DNA of 64,000 nucleotides from an uncultured Actinomycetota bacterium. GTDB lineage: Bacteria > Actinomycetota > Actinomycetes > Mycobacteriales > Mycobacteriaceae. Positions within the stretch are counted from its first letter, which is position 1. Every line of letters starts with the position of its first letter. A program made the translations under genes and the position numbers. Of this stretch, positions 55,040 through 64,000 are shown in pieces. Below the pieces are notes generated by a model. The model saw nothing but the letters and a program-made list of their open reading frames with translations, was not told the origin of the DNA and did not search any database. The DNA lies in NCBI GenBank assembly GCA_963845595.1, contig CAWJSU010000003.1, positions 353,045-417,044 on the forward strand, written 5' to 3'.

Positions 55040-55387
55040 ATGCCGAGGACCAACGCCGCCGGGTGGGGGCTGAAGCGACTGCTTGAGGCGACGCTGAACC
55101 GCGACATCACCGTCGAGGAACTGCGCGACGCCTGCGGCGTCACCAAGGGCCGGTGGTATGGAGGGAGCGGGCGGGCCAACGCCGATGACTTCCCGGACGC
55201 CGAGGAGGCCAGGCGCGCGGCCAGGGCGTTCGGACTCAGTGCCACCTGGCTGCAAGTCGAACTTGGCCTCATCACGCTCTCAGACGTGCATGAGGCTCTG
55301 GCCGAGTCGTCTTCCTTGGGCCCTTTCAGCGACACGACCCGACAGCGAGTGCTACCGAATCCCGCGACGTTCCGGCCCCGGGAGTAA
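55040..55387 (+). CDS. XRE-like helix-turn-helix regulator
   Basis: MPRT...LKRLL...RDITVEELRDACGVTKGRWY...ADDFPDAEE...AFGL, pattern resembling mycobacterial (pro)phage-type repressors. Confidence 0.6.
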   Translation: MPRTNAAGWGLKRLLEATLNRDITVEELRDACGVTKGRWYGGSGRANADDFPDAEEARRAARAFGLSATWLQVELGLITLSDVHEALAESSSLGPFSDTTRQRVLPNPATFRPRE

Positions 55388-55500
55388 GCGGACGGCTGGC
55401 CGTCGGCTCGTCGGGCCGCGCCCATGCCTTGACTCACGAATTTCGCAGGGTCTTGCTTGAGGTTTCTACCTATCCACTGCCTATCCGATAGTCAGGTGAG

Positions 55501-55655
55501 CTAGATCCCATCAGCTATACGCAGCAACACATCGGCTAGAGCTGACCCTCCGGAAAGGAAGGGTGAATGGCTGCCTGGAAGCTCGATGACTTCGGCACCG
55601 AGCCTGTGGCGAGCAATCCGGCCCACCGTCGTCCGGACCACGCCCACCGAACGGA
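55501..55655 (-). pseudogene. C-terminal remnant of an alpha/beta hydrolase
   Basis: ARHRLGAEVIELPGSHSPFLS..SALADVLLRIA; no upstream hydrolase body. Confidence 0.6.
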
Positions 55656-55891
55656 TCTGTCGGTCGGCATGCGTGCCACCGGTCACCACCAGGCGGAACA
55701 GGTCGAGGCGACGAAGGGTTCGAATTGCCCAGGCGCGCAAGCACAACCGGACCCGAAGCCAGCTGGAGCAGGCCCGGAAAAGGGAAATCGCCGCGATGCA
55801 AATTTCGAAACCGCCCCCGGACTTGACTGCCTACGGCCCGGACGTTCTGGTGTCCCTATAGCGAAGCGCTCCGTCGAGCCCGAAGGACGAA

Positions 55892-56635
55892 TTAGGGCTT
55901 GACGCAGTCCAGCAGGACGAAATTCGGAAACTCGAGCAAGTCGTCCCAATGGGCGGGTTCGCTGTCGGGGGCCGGTGACACTTCGGGCCTGTGCGCTGCG
56001 AAGTCTCGGAAACCCGCCTGAGTTAGGGCGGATTCATAGGCGGTGATCGGCAGATAGTAGTTCTCGATCTCCAGCGTCGAATCCTCCAGCAGGATGGTCA
56101 CTTTAATCGGTGCACCTTCAACGGCGTGATCGGCGAGCGACATCTCGAAGCCGTACTTGCGATAGTCGGGCGGCGAGTCGAGTTCGCACACTCCCGGGTT
56201 GTTGATGATGGTGACGAGGCGCCCGCCGGGGCTGAGCCGACTCGCCAGCCCCCGGCACATCGTCACGAGTTCGGCGCGGCTTCGTGCGTACACCAGCAGC
56301 CAGGCGCCGACCACAAGGTCGAAATCCGTTTGGCCAAGCACGATTCTGGCATCTTCGACGCGGTATTCGATACCGAGCGGCTGACGCGCTTCCTGCTCGC
56401 ACGCTAATTCGATCATCCGCTCGGAGATGTCGATTCCGACCACCTCTGCAGCACCCGCATTGCGCAGCATCCGCGTGAAATGCCCTTCACCGCAAGCGAC
56501 ATCCAGCACCCTTTTTCCCTTGACATCGCCGACTAGCTTCAAGAATGAATAGGTCTCGACGCGCGACCGCCAGGGCTGAGCCTTGGCTTGCTGATACCGC
56601 TCCGCGATGCGGGATTGGTTGTAATCGGTGACCAT
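55892..56635 (-). CDS. Class I SAM-dependent methyltransferase
   Basis: VLDVACGEG, GIDISERMIELA, FDLV, LSPGGRLV; ATG 56635 after AGGA. Confidence 0.9.
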   Translation of the reverse strand: MVTDYNQSRIAERYQQAKAQPWRSRVETYSFLKLVGDVKGKRVLDVACGEGHFTRMLRNAGAAEVVGIDISERMIELACEQEARQPLGIEYRVEDARIVLGQTDFDLVVGAWLLVYARSRAELVTMCRGLASRLSPGGRLVTIINNPGVCELDSPPDYRKYGFEMSLADHAVEGAPIKVTILLEDSTLEIENYYLPITAYESALTQAGFRDFAAHRPEVSPAPDSEPAHWDDLLEFPNFVLLDCVKP

Positions 56636-56734
56636 GGTGTCCTGGCTTTCCGTAGCAGAACGGTGGCTGGCGATGATGCGCATGACGACTCAGGTTAGCC
56701 ATTGAGCGTGCCCGAGCCGACTATGGTGCCAGGC

Positions 56735-57493
56735 ATGCCGACAAGAAGCGCCCCGACGTATGTCCGCAGGTCGATTGCCTTGGTTGCCGCCGTCGTGGCC
56801 ACCATCGTGGCGGCCACCGCGTCGGCGTGTGACCACCCCCCGGCCTCAACAATCGCGCCGAACGCAAATCCCCGTCAGGTGACCGTCCTGGGATCCGGGC
56901 AAGTCCAAGGCGTCCCGGACACGTTGACCGCCGACGTCAGCATCGAGTTCACCGCGCCCGACGTCACCACCGCGATGAACCAGACCAACGACCGCCAGCA
57001 AGCGGTGATCAACGCGCTGGTCGGCGCCGGACTGGACCACAAGAACATCAGCACCACCCAGGTCACGCTGCAGCCGCAGTACGGCAACCCCGAACCCAAC
57101 GGCACCGCCACCATCACCGGCTACCGCGCCACCAACGGAATCCAGCTCAAGATCCAGCCGACCGACGCCGCGTCCAAGCTATTGGCTGTCGTCGTCACCA
57201 CCGGCGGTGACGCAACCCGGATCAGCTCGGTCAGCTATTCGATCGCCGACGACTCGCAGCTGGTGAAGGACGCACGGGCGCGGGCCTTCCAGGACGCCAA
57301 GAATCGCGCCGAGCAGTACGCGCAGCTGTCCGGCCTGCGGCTGGGCAAGGTGCTTTCCATCTCGGAGGCTGGCGGCAGCACGCCAGTCCAGGGGTCACCG
57401 CCGGCGCCGCCACGCGCCGCGTCCGCCGTGCCGCTGGAACCCGGCCAGCAGACGGTGAGCTTCACGGTGACCGCGGTGTGGCAGCTCGATTAG
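56735..57493 (+). CDS. lpqG: Lipoprotein LpqG (SIMPL/DUF541 domain)
   Basis: Lipobox ASAC, VTVLGSGQV..VPD, AF.DAK.RAE.YA, LEPGQQTV; synteny with Rv3623. Confidence 0.9.
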   Translation: MPTRSAPTYVRRSIALVAAVVATIVAATASACDHPPASTIAPNANPRQVTVLGSGQVQGVPDTLTADVSIEFTAPDVTTAMNQTNDRQQAVINALVGAGLDHKNISTTQVTLQPQYGNPEPNGTATITGYRATNGIQLKIQPTDAASKLLAVVVTTGGDATRISSVSYSIADDSQLVKDARARAFQDAKNRAEQYAQLSGLRLGKVLSISEAGGSTPVQGSPPAPPRAASAVPLEPGQQTVSFTVTAVWQLD

Positions 57494-58105
57494 CTACTGC
57501 TGGTAGACCCTGGGATCCAACATCCCGATATAGGGCAGGTCGCGGTAGCGCTCGTCGTAATCCAGGCCGTAGCCCACGACGAAGTCGTTGGGAATGTCGA
57601 AGCCCACATAGGCGATGTCGGCGTTGGCGCGCGCCGCGTCGGGCTTGCGCAGCAGCGTGCACACCCGCAGCGAACGGGGGTGCCGGGTGGTCAGATTCCG
57701 CAGCAGCCACGACAACGTCAGGCCCGAGTCGACGACGTCCTCGACGATCAGCACGTCGCGGTCGTGGATATCGCGGTCCAGGTCCTTGAGGATCCGCACC
57801 ACACCCGACGAGGACGTCGAGGACCCGTACGAGCTGACGGCCATGAATTCGAACTGCGTCGGCACCCCAATGGCGCGCGCCAAGTCTGTGACGAACAGCA
57901 CCGCGCCCTTGAGCACGACGATCAACAGCAGATCTTGGCCACTGTCGGCGACCAACTCGCGGTAGTCATCGCCGATCTGGGCGCCGAGCTCGGCGACGCG
58001 GCCTTGAATCTGCTCCTCGGTGAGAAGTATCGACTTGATATCCCCTGGATACAGCTCCGCTGTCGGTCCCGGGGTGATCGCCGAGGAGCTGTAGGTCACG
58101 AGCAC
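57494..58105 (-). CDS. hpt: Hypoxanthine phosphoribosyltransferase
   Basis: [33 protein letters not shown]. Confidence 0.97.
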   Translation of the reverse strand: MLVTYSSSAITPGPTAELYPGDIKSILLTEEQIQGRVAELGAQIGDDYRELVADSGQDLLLIVVLKGAVLFVTDLARAIGVPTQFEFMAVSSYGSSTSSSGVVRILKDLDRDIHDRDVLIVEDVVDSGLTLSWLLRNLTTRHPRSLRVCTLLRKPDAARANADIAYVGFDIPNDFVVGYGLDYDERYRDLPYIGMLDPRVYQQ

Positions 58106-58108
58106 AGC

Positions 58109-59092
58109 CTAGACGGGCCGGCGCCGCAATGTGAGCACGCCGTCGCGCCGTCCCGCGATCAACCGCTCACCACGCAACTGAGACCCCACCGCCACCCCGC
58201 CCTGCCCCCGCCAGGCGGTAACCAGCGTGTCCACCCCGCGAATCTGCTTGTCCGTCAGCCCGGTCGCGCCGCCGGCCAGTAGCCAGCCGCGGATCACCCG
58301 GCGTCGAACCGGGTCCGGCAGCGGGACCAGGGCCGCGGTGCGCAGCCCAGACCCTGCACCGGAACCGGTACTGACGTCGGGCAGCGCCCGCGCGGCGAGC
58401 GTGTCGATCAGCTCGGTGTCTTCGCGCAACGCCGTCGCGGTGCGGGCCAGCGCCTCGGCGACCCCGCCGCCCAGCACGTCCTCCAGCAGCGGCAGCACCT
58501 CGTGGCGCAGCCGGGTCCGGGTGAATCGGCGGTCGGTGTTGTGCGGGTCCTGCCATGCGGTCAGGCCCAACTCCTGGCACGCGGCGTGCGTGACCGCGCG
58601 CCGCACTCCCAGCAGCGGCCGGCACCACGGCGGATCGTACGGTCGCATGCCGGCGATCGAGCGCGCCCCGGAACCACGGCCCAGGCCCAGCAGCACCGTC
58701 TCGGCTTGGTCATCGAGCGTGTGGGCTAACAGCACCGGTCCGTCGCGATACGCGCCCAGCGCGGAATAGCGGGCGGCACGCGCCGCCGCCTCGGGACCAC
58801 CGTCATTACCTACCCGCACGCAAAGCACCTGTGCCTCAGCACATCCCAACGCAACGGCCTGCCTCCGAGCGCCTTCGGCGACGGCGGCGGAATCGGCCTG
58901 CAGGCCGTGATCCACGATCAGCGCGGTGGTGGGCCGCAGCGCAGCCGCAACGGCGGTGAGCGCCAACGAGTCCGGGCCACCGGATAACGCCACACCCCAT
59001 TGGTCAGTGGCAACAGGAGGGCCGCCGAGGTAGCTCCCGGTGAACGCCTCGACAGCCGCGCGCAGCTGCCCTAGAGCACCCTGTCGATCCAT
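58109..59092 (-). CDS. tilS: tRNA(Ile)-lysidine synthetase
   Basis: ALSGGPDSLAL, VDHGLQ, AHTLDDQAET, RPLL, DPHN. Confidence 0.96.
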   Translation of the reverse strand: MDRQGALGQLRAAVEAFTGSYLGGPPVATDQWGVALSGGPDSLALTAVAAALRPTTALIVDHGLQADSAAVAEGARRQAVALGCAEAQVLCVRVGNDGGPEAAARAARYSALGAYRDGPVLLAHTLDDQAETVLLGLGRGSGARSIAGMRPYDPPWCRPLLGVRRAVTHAACQELGLTAWQDPHNTDRRFTRTRLRHEVLPLLEDVLGGGVAEALARTATALREDTELIDTLAARALPDVSTGSGAGSGLRTAALVPLPDPVRRRVIRGWLLAGGATGLTDKQIRGVDTLVTAWRGQGGVAVGSQLRGERLIAGRRDGVLTLRRRPV

Positions 59093-60132
59093 CGCTGCGG
59101 TTTTTCGATCTCGGCGGGCAGCGGCAGCGTTTCGGGGCCCGACCAGATCGTGTTGAACCGCTCCATCCCGACCCGGTCCACCACGTGGTCGACGAATGCC
59201 TTGCCGCGGGTGTATTGGCTGAGCTTGGCGTCGATGCCCAGCAGCGCGCGCAGCAACCGCTGCAGCGGCGGTTGCTTGCGATGGCGACGTTCGTCAAACC
59301 GACGGCGGATGGTGGCCACCGACGGCACCACCCGCGGCCCGACGGCATCCATCACGTGGTCGGCGTGACCCTCCAACAGGGTGCCGAGCACCAGCAGCCG
59401 ATCCAGGGCCTGGCGCTGCGGCTCGGACTGCACGGCGCGCACCAGGCCGAGGATCCCGGTCGCGTTGGCGTCCTGCGCGGATGCCTGATCGCCGCGGCGG
59501 CGCACGAAGTCGGCCAGCCGGCTCACCATCTGCCCGATGTCATCACCGGCGTCCTGAGTCAACAGTCCCAGCGCCTGCGACATGTAGTCGGGCAGCCACG
59601 GGTTGGCGGTGAACTGCACCCGGTGGGTCACCTCATGCAGGCATACCCACAACCGGAAATCGGAAGGCTCGATGCGCAGTTGCCGCTCGACGGCGATGAC
59701 ATTGGGATACACCAGCAGCAGGCAGCCGACATCGGCCCCCTTGCTAGGGGCGAATGGGTCGTACTGGCCGAGGATCCCGGAGGCGACGAACGCCAGCACG
59801 GCACCCGTCTGCGCGCCGGTGATCCGCCCGGTCAAAAAGCCGCGCGGCTTCTCGGTTCCGTTCGTCATCACCCGCATCGACTCCGCGGCGGCCGCCACCC
59901 ACTCCGGTCGGTCGACGACGCGGGCCGCCGGCACCGCACCCTTGGTGACCAGCCCGGTGACGTCGCGCACCGGCGGTTCGGCCTTCGCGGCGGCACTGGT
60001 CAGCTCGTCGATCACCTGCCGGCGGGTGTAGTCGGAGGACTTCGGCCCCGGACGTGCCAGCCGGGCCCCCACCGTCGCGGCGAATCGCCAGTCCACGGCG
60101 GTGCCGAGGGTCAGTTCAGCGGATGGGGTCAC
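59071..60132 (-). CDS. Zinc-dependent metalloprotease-like / F420 biosynthesis-associated protein (Rv3626c orthologue)
   Basis: VDW, LGQYD, LHEVTHRVQF, LEGHADHVM, QY.RG. Confidence 0.9.
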   Translation of the reverse strand: MTPSAELTLGTAVDWRFAATVGARLARPGPKSSDYTRRQVIDELTSAAAKAEPPVRDVTGLVTKGAVPAARVVDRPEWVAAAAESMRVMTNGTEKPRGFLTGRITGAQTGAVLAFVASGILGQYDPFAPSKGADVGCLLLVYPNVIAVERQLRIEPSDFRLWVCLHEVTHRVQFTANPWLPDYMSQALGLLTQDAGDDIGQMVSRLADFVRRRGDQASAQDANATGILGLVRAVQSEPQRQALDRLLVLGTLLEGHADHVMDAVGPRVVPSVATIRRRFDERRHRKQPPLQRLLRALLGIDAKLSQYTRGKAFVDHVVDRVGMERFNTIWSGPETLPLPAEIEKPQRWIDRVL

Positions 60133-61514
60133 GTCGCGCACCCACATGTCCACAGCTTGGTCGCCAACGCGTCCACCGCGTTGCGACCGTTGGGGCCGGC
60201 GCCATTAGAGATGAACGCGAAGGTGAGTACCCGCCCGTCTCTATCGGTGAGCACCCCGACCAGCGAGTTGATGGCGGTCAACGAGCCGGTCTTGGCGCGC
60301 AACCAGCCGGCCGGGCCCAGGTTGGTGGCCGTGTCGAGAAAGCGGTCGGACAGCGTGCCGCTGCCACCGGCGATCGGCAGCAGATCCAGCAGCGGCCGCA
60401 ACGCGGGCTGGTCCGGGCCCGCCGCCGCCTGCACCGTGCCGTCGAGAGTCTTGGCCGTCAACCGGTCGTCGACCGACAACCCGCTGGAATCCACCAGCGC
60501 GACACCGGCGGTATCGATGTGCGCGTTGCCCAATCGGTTGGTCACCGCGTCGACCGCGCCGGCAAAACTCAGCGGCCGGTCGATGGCGGCGGCCACCTCG
60601 CGGGCGATGCATTCGGCCATCACATTGTCGGAGGCGTTCATCATCTCGGACAGCCGCGTCACCAACGGGGCCGACTGCACCACGGCCAGTTGCCGCGCTC
60701 CGGACGGCGCCTTGGCGATCGTCACCGCGCCGGGATCGAGACCCAGCGCCTTGGCCAGCTCGCGCCCGGCATCCAAAGCCGGCGCTTTTGACCGTCGTGA
60801 GTTGACGGTCGTCGGCTGGATGCGCCCGGCGTCGATCATCGCCGACTCGATCGGGGCGATGTCGCCGTTGTCTACGTCGGCCGGATCCCAGCCCGGCGCC
60901 ATCGTCGGACCACTGAACAACGAGGTGTCCACCTGCACGGCCGTCGGCGTCATGCCGCTGCGACGAACCTGTTCAACCAGGTCGCTGATCCGCGGCGCAC
61001 CCCGATACCAGGTGGGCTGGCCGGGTTGCGCCGCCGACAGCGTCGGGTCCCCGGCCCCCACCAGCACCACAGGACCCTGAGCAGTGGGGACGCCGGCCAC
61101 CACGCGGGTGCTGACCCGGGCCTCGCGGTCCAGGGTCAGCAGCGCCGCGGCCGCGGTCAGCGCCTTGTTGGTCGATGCCGGCACCAGGGGCACGTCGTCT
61201 GCCATCTGCCAGAGCTCTTTGGCGGTCAGGGCGTCGGTGACCCGGGCGCCCAGCCTGCCCAGATTGGGATCGGCCGCTATCGCCGCCAGTGCGGCCGCCA
61301 GCCCGCCCGCGCTCGGCGCCGCCGCGGTGTCGGTTACCGGAACCAACCCGGGCTTGACCGTGGGCGCGCGCGGGGGCGGCACCGGCTGGTGCGCGCCAAT
61401 GGCGGCGTGACCCATGGTGAAGAACGCGGCCGCTGCCATCACGGCGGCGACCACCGCAAGCACGGCAATCCAGAGCATCACTTGGGTGGATTTCCGCCAG
61501 CGAGTTCGACCCAT
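60129..61514 (-). CDS. dacB: D-alanyl-D-alanine carboxypeptidase/endopeptidase, PBP4 type (Rv3627c)
   Basis: PASTNK (SxxK), SDN, KTGSL; N-terminal TM helix. Confidence 0.93.
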   Translation of the reverse strand: MGRTRWRKSTQVMLWIAVLAVVAAVMAAAAFFTMGHAAIGAHQPVPPPRAPTVKPGLVPVTDTAAAPSAGGLAAALAAIAADPNLGRLGARVTDALTAKELWQMADDVPLVPASTNKALTAAAALLTLDREARVSTRVVAGVPTAQGPVVLVGAGDPTLSAAQPGQPTWYRGAPRISDLVEQVRRSGMTPTAVQVDTSLFSGPTMAPGWDPADVDNGDIAPIESAMIDAGRIQPTTVNSRRSKAPALDAGRELAKALGLDPGAVTIAKAPSGARQLAVVQSAPLVTRLSEMMNASDNVMAECIAREVAAAIDRPLSFAGAVDAVTNRLGNAHIDTAGVALVDSSGLSVDDRLTAKTLDGTVQAAAGPDQPALRPLLDLLPIAGGSGTLSDRFLDTATNLGPAGWLRAKTGSLTAINSLVGVLTDRDGRVLTFAFISNGAGPNGRNAVDALATKLWTCGCAT

Positions 61515-61674
61515 CACTCTCCTGACTGTCTGGTCCCATTCTGCCGAACCGGCCCGCATCTTCGCTCGACTGGGTTGCACTGTGGGGCTCCGCAGCGGGG
61601 TGGCACCGCCCCCGACTAGGGTGTATCCGCGACGCAACTGATCCCCTGCCCTACCCAGTCAAGGAGCCGAAACG

Positions 61675-62163
61675 GTGCAATTCGACGTAACCATCGAAAT
61701 TCCGAGAGGCCAGCGCAACAAGTACGAGGTCGACCACGAGACGGGAAAAGTGCGTCTGGACCGCTACCTCTACACCCCGATGGCCTACCCGACCGACTAC
61801 GGCTTCATCGAGGACACCCTCGGCGAAGACGAAGACCCGCTGGATGCCCTGGTGCTGCTGCCGGAACCGTTGTTCCCCGGCGTGCTGGTCGAGGCACGTC
61901 CGGTGGGGATGTTCAAGATGGTCGACGAAAAGGGCGGTGACGACAAAGTGCTGTGCGTCCCGGCCGGCGACCACCGATGGGACCACATCCAAGACATCGA
62001 GGACGTTCCGGCCTTCGAACTGGACGCGATCAAGCACTTCTTCGTGCACTACAAGGACCTCGAGCCGGGCAAATTCGTGAAGGCCGCCGACTGGGTTGGC
62101 CGCGCCGAAGCCGAGGCCGAGGTGCAGCGCTCGGTGGAGCGGTTCAAGACCGGGGGGCACTGA
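61675..62163 (+). CDS. ppa: Inorganic pyrophosphatase
   Basis: [28 protein letters not shown]. Confidence 0.98.
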   Translation: MQFDVTIEIPRGQRNKYEVDHETGKVRLDRYLYTPMAYPTDYGFIEDTLGEDEDPLDALVLLPEPLFPGVLVEARPVGMFKMVDEKGGDDKVLCVPAGDHRWDHIQDIEDVPAFELDAIKHFFVHYKDLEPGKFVKAADWVGRAEAEAEVQRSVERFKTGGH

Positions 62164-63274
62164 CAAGTTCGGGCGCCGGGCTCGCCTGCCGTCGGTTGCG
62201 CAGCACGCTCCAGCCGAAGGCCGCACCGATGAAGACCACACCCACCGAAGCGGTGACGGCGTCGGGGACCTCGAGCCGCGGCTCGATGGAGAACAGCATG
62301 ATCACGGCCAGCGCGCCGATCGCCCAGTGCGCGCCGTGTTCCAAGTACACGTAACGGTCCAGCGCATCCTGCTGGACCAGATAGATGGTGATGGACCGGA
62401 CGAACATCGAGCCCACCAGACCCAGACCCAGCGCGATGACGACGGGGTCGGAGGTGATCGCGAAGGCGCCGGTCACCCCGTCGAAGGAGAAGGCGGCGTC
62501 GAGCACCTCGAGGTAGAGGAACATCATCAGGCCCGCCCTGCCGGCCGCCTTGCCGGCCAACCCGGCTGATCCGGCTGACCGAGAGCTCGGCGTCACCGCG
62601 TCGCGACCCGACGGCCGGAACGCCCGACTCAAGCCATTGACGAGCACATAGCAGACCAGGCCCAGCAGCCCGGCTATCAGCACCGTCGCCCGCTCGTCGC
62701 TGGAATGCGTCAATCGGAGACTGACCAAGATCAGCACCACGCCGACCACCGCCACCGACAAGTGACCAAGCCGCCCGATGCGCGCGAACGGGATCTCGAT
62801 CCACTTGAGCCACTTGATGTCTCGGTCGTGAAAAACGAAGTCCAAAAACAGCATCAGCAGGAAAATCCCGCCGAACGCGGCGATCTGCGGGTGGGCCGCG
62901 ATGACCAGCTTTTCATAGCTGGGTGCGCCGTCCGGGAATTCCAGCGCGTGGTTGGGCGGCGGATTGAGGGCCAAATCCATCGCGTCAAACGGGTCGAGGC
63001 CCGCGCTCGCCCAGACGATCGCCAGCGGAAAAAGAAACCGCATACCGAAGACCGCGATAACAATCCCGACCGTCAGGAACATCCGCTGCCAAAACTCGCT
63101 CATCTGCTGCAGCACCGCGGCGTTGATGATGGCGTTGTCGAACGACAGGGACACCTCCAGGACCGCGAGCACCACCAGCAAAAACAGGGCGGTGAGCCCG
63201 CCGTGCGCGTACCCGGCAGCCAGGGCCGCTGCGGTTACTGCCAGCGAAATGCCGAAGATGCGAAACGCTGACAT
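62144..63274 (-). CDS. DUF475/TerC-like membrane protein (Rv3629c orthologue)
   Basis: [42 protein letters not shown]. Confidence 0.92.
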   Translation of the reverse strand: MSAFRIFGISLAVTAAALAAGYAHGGLTALFLLVVLAVLEVSLSFDNAIINAAVLQQMSEFWQRMFLTVGIVIAVFGMRFLFPLAIVWASAGLDPFDAMDLALNPPPNHALEFPDGAPSYEKLVIAAHPQIAAFGGIFLLMLFLDFVFHDRDIKWLKWIEIPFARIGRLGHLSVAVVGVVLILVSLRLTHSSDERATVLIAGLLGLVCYVLVNGLSRAFRPSGRDAVTPSSRSAGSAGLAGKAAGRAGLMMFLYLEVLDAAFSFDGVTGAFAITSDPVVIALGLGLVGSMFVRSITIYLVQQDALDRYVYLEHGAHWAIGALAVIMLFSIEPRLEVPDAVTASVGVVFIGAAFGWSVLRNRRQASPAPELVSAPRS

Positions 63275-63343
63275 GGGTCCCTTTATAGCGAACTCAATCG
63301 ACGTCTCAGTCCCTCGACGCGGAGTACTTAGTATTTTCAAACT

Positions 63344-64000
63344 GTGGCGGTGCCAGCCAGCACGGGAGCTTCACAGGGGCCGATCGCGCGTGGCAGCGTC
63401 GCGCGGGTCGGCGCCGCTACCGCACTGACCGCGCTGTGCGGCTACGCGGTGATCTATCTGGCCGCTCGCGACCTGGCTCCGAGCGGCTTCTCGGTATTCG
63501 CGGTGTTCTGGGGCGCGTTCGGCCTGGTCAACGGTGCGGCCAACGGCCTGCTGCAAGAGACCACCCGAGAGATCCGCTCGACGGGCTACCTCGAGGTGTC
63601 GCCGATCACTCGTACCCATCCGCTGCGGGTCGCCGCGATGGTCGGCGTCGCCGCGGCCGTCGCGATCGCCGGTAGCGCGCCGTTGTGGAGCGGGCGGGTA
63701 TTCGTCGAGGCGCGCTGGCTGTCGGTGGGACTGCTCAGCGTCGGCCTGGCCGGGTTTTGCCTGCACGCCACCCTGCTGGGCATGCTGGCCGGCACCAACC
63801 AGTGGACCCGGTATGGAGCGCTGATGGTGACCGACGCGATCATCCGGGTGACGGTCGCCGGGGCGACGGTGGTGGTCGGGTGGGGCCTGACCGGGTTCTT
63901 GTGGGCAACCGTCGCGGGCGCGGTCGCGTGGCTGATCCTGCTGGTGGCCTCGCCGACGGTGCGTGCAACGGCCCGGCTGCTGACGCCCGGCAGCACCGCA
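63344..64000 (+). CDS. Integral membrane protein (Rv3630 orthologue), 3'-truncated by window edge; absent from the ORF track
   Basis: Open frame from GTG 63344: GSVARVG...LCGYAVIYLAARDLAP.GFSVF.VFWGAFGLV.GAANGLLQETTRE. Confidence 0.9.
   Translation, partial: MAVPASTGASQGPIARGSVARVGAATALTALCGYAVIYLAARDLAPSGFSVFAVFWGAFGLVNGAANGLLQETTREIRSTGYLEVSPITRTHPLRVAAMVGVAAAVAIAGSAPLWSGRVFVEARWLSVGLLSVGLAGFCLHATLLGMLAGTNQWTRYGALMVTDAIIRVTVAGATVVVGWGLTGFLWATVAGAVAWLILLVASPTVRATARLLTPGSTA

Noticed and set aside
55567-55902. ORF MAAWKLDDF... with an apparently strong SD (GGAAAGGAAGG)
   Set aside because: The SD is just the reverse complement of codons for HSPFLS in the hydrolase relic; the product has no recognisable features

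Overview
High-GC mycobacterial DNA, syntenic with the M. tuberculosis Rv3579c-Rv3630 interval (rlmB-cysS-ispF/D-carD-lpqE-radA-disA ... clpC1-lsr2-lysS-coaX-panD/C ... fol operon-ftsH ... ephA ... hpt-tilS-dacB-ppa). It is probably from a non-tuberculous species, because the espACD and esxV/W-PPE65-PE32 blocks are absent and a B12-riboswitch cbtBA operon and glpQ are present. Positions ~19,960-64,000 are mostly core housekeeping genes with a small accessory patch at ~54.5-56.6 kb. Positions 1-19,955 are accessory. They hold the 3' end of a Mas-like PKS, then a compact amino-acid/peptide-oxidation cluster: an M61 aminopeptidase, a LodB/GoxB-type flavoprotein, a ~1,290-aa LodA/GoxA CTQ-oxidase fused to a heme-oxygenase-like diiron (HDO) domain, an IaaM/DavB-like flavin amino-acid monooxygenase and a second PepN with a variant GXMEN motif. 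A pile-up of mobile DNA follows: a ~970-bp TGT...ACA mini-element with no transposase, an intact group II intron, an mbtH-NRPS stub and a frameshifted IS4 element. The LodA-HDO cluster is the strongest candidate for an uncharacterised system. All family assignments come from motif recognition and memory, not database searches.
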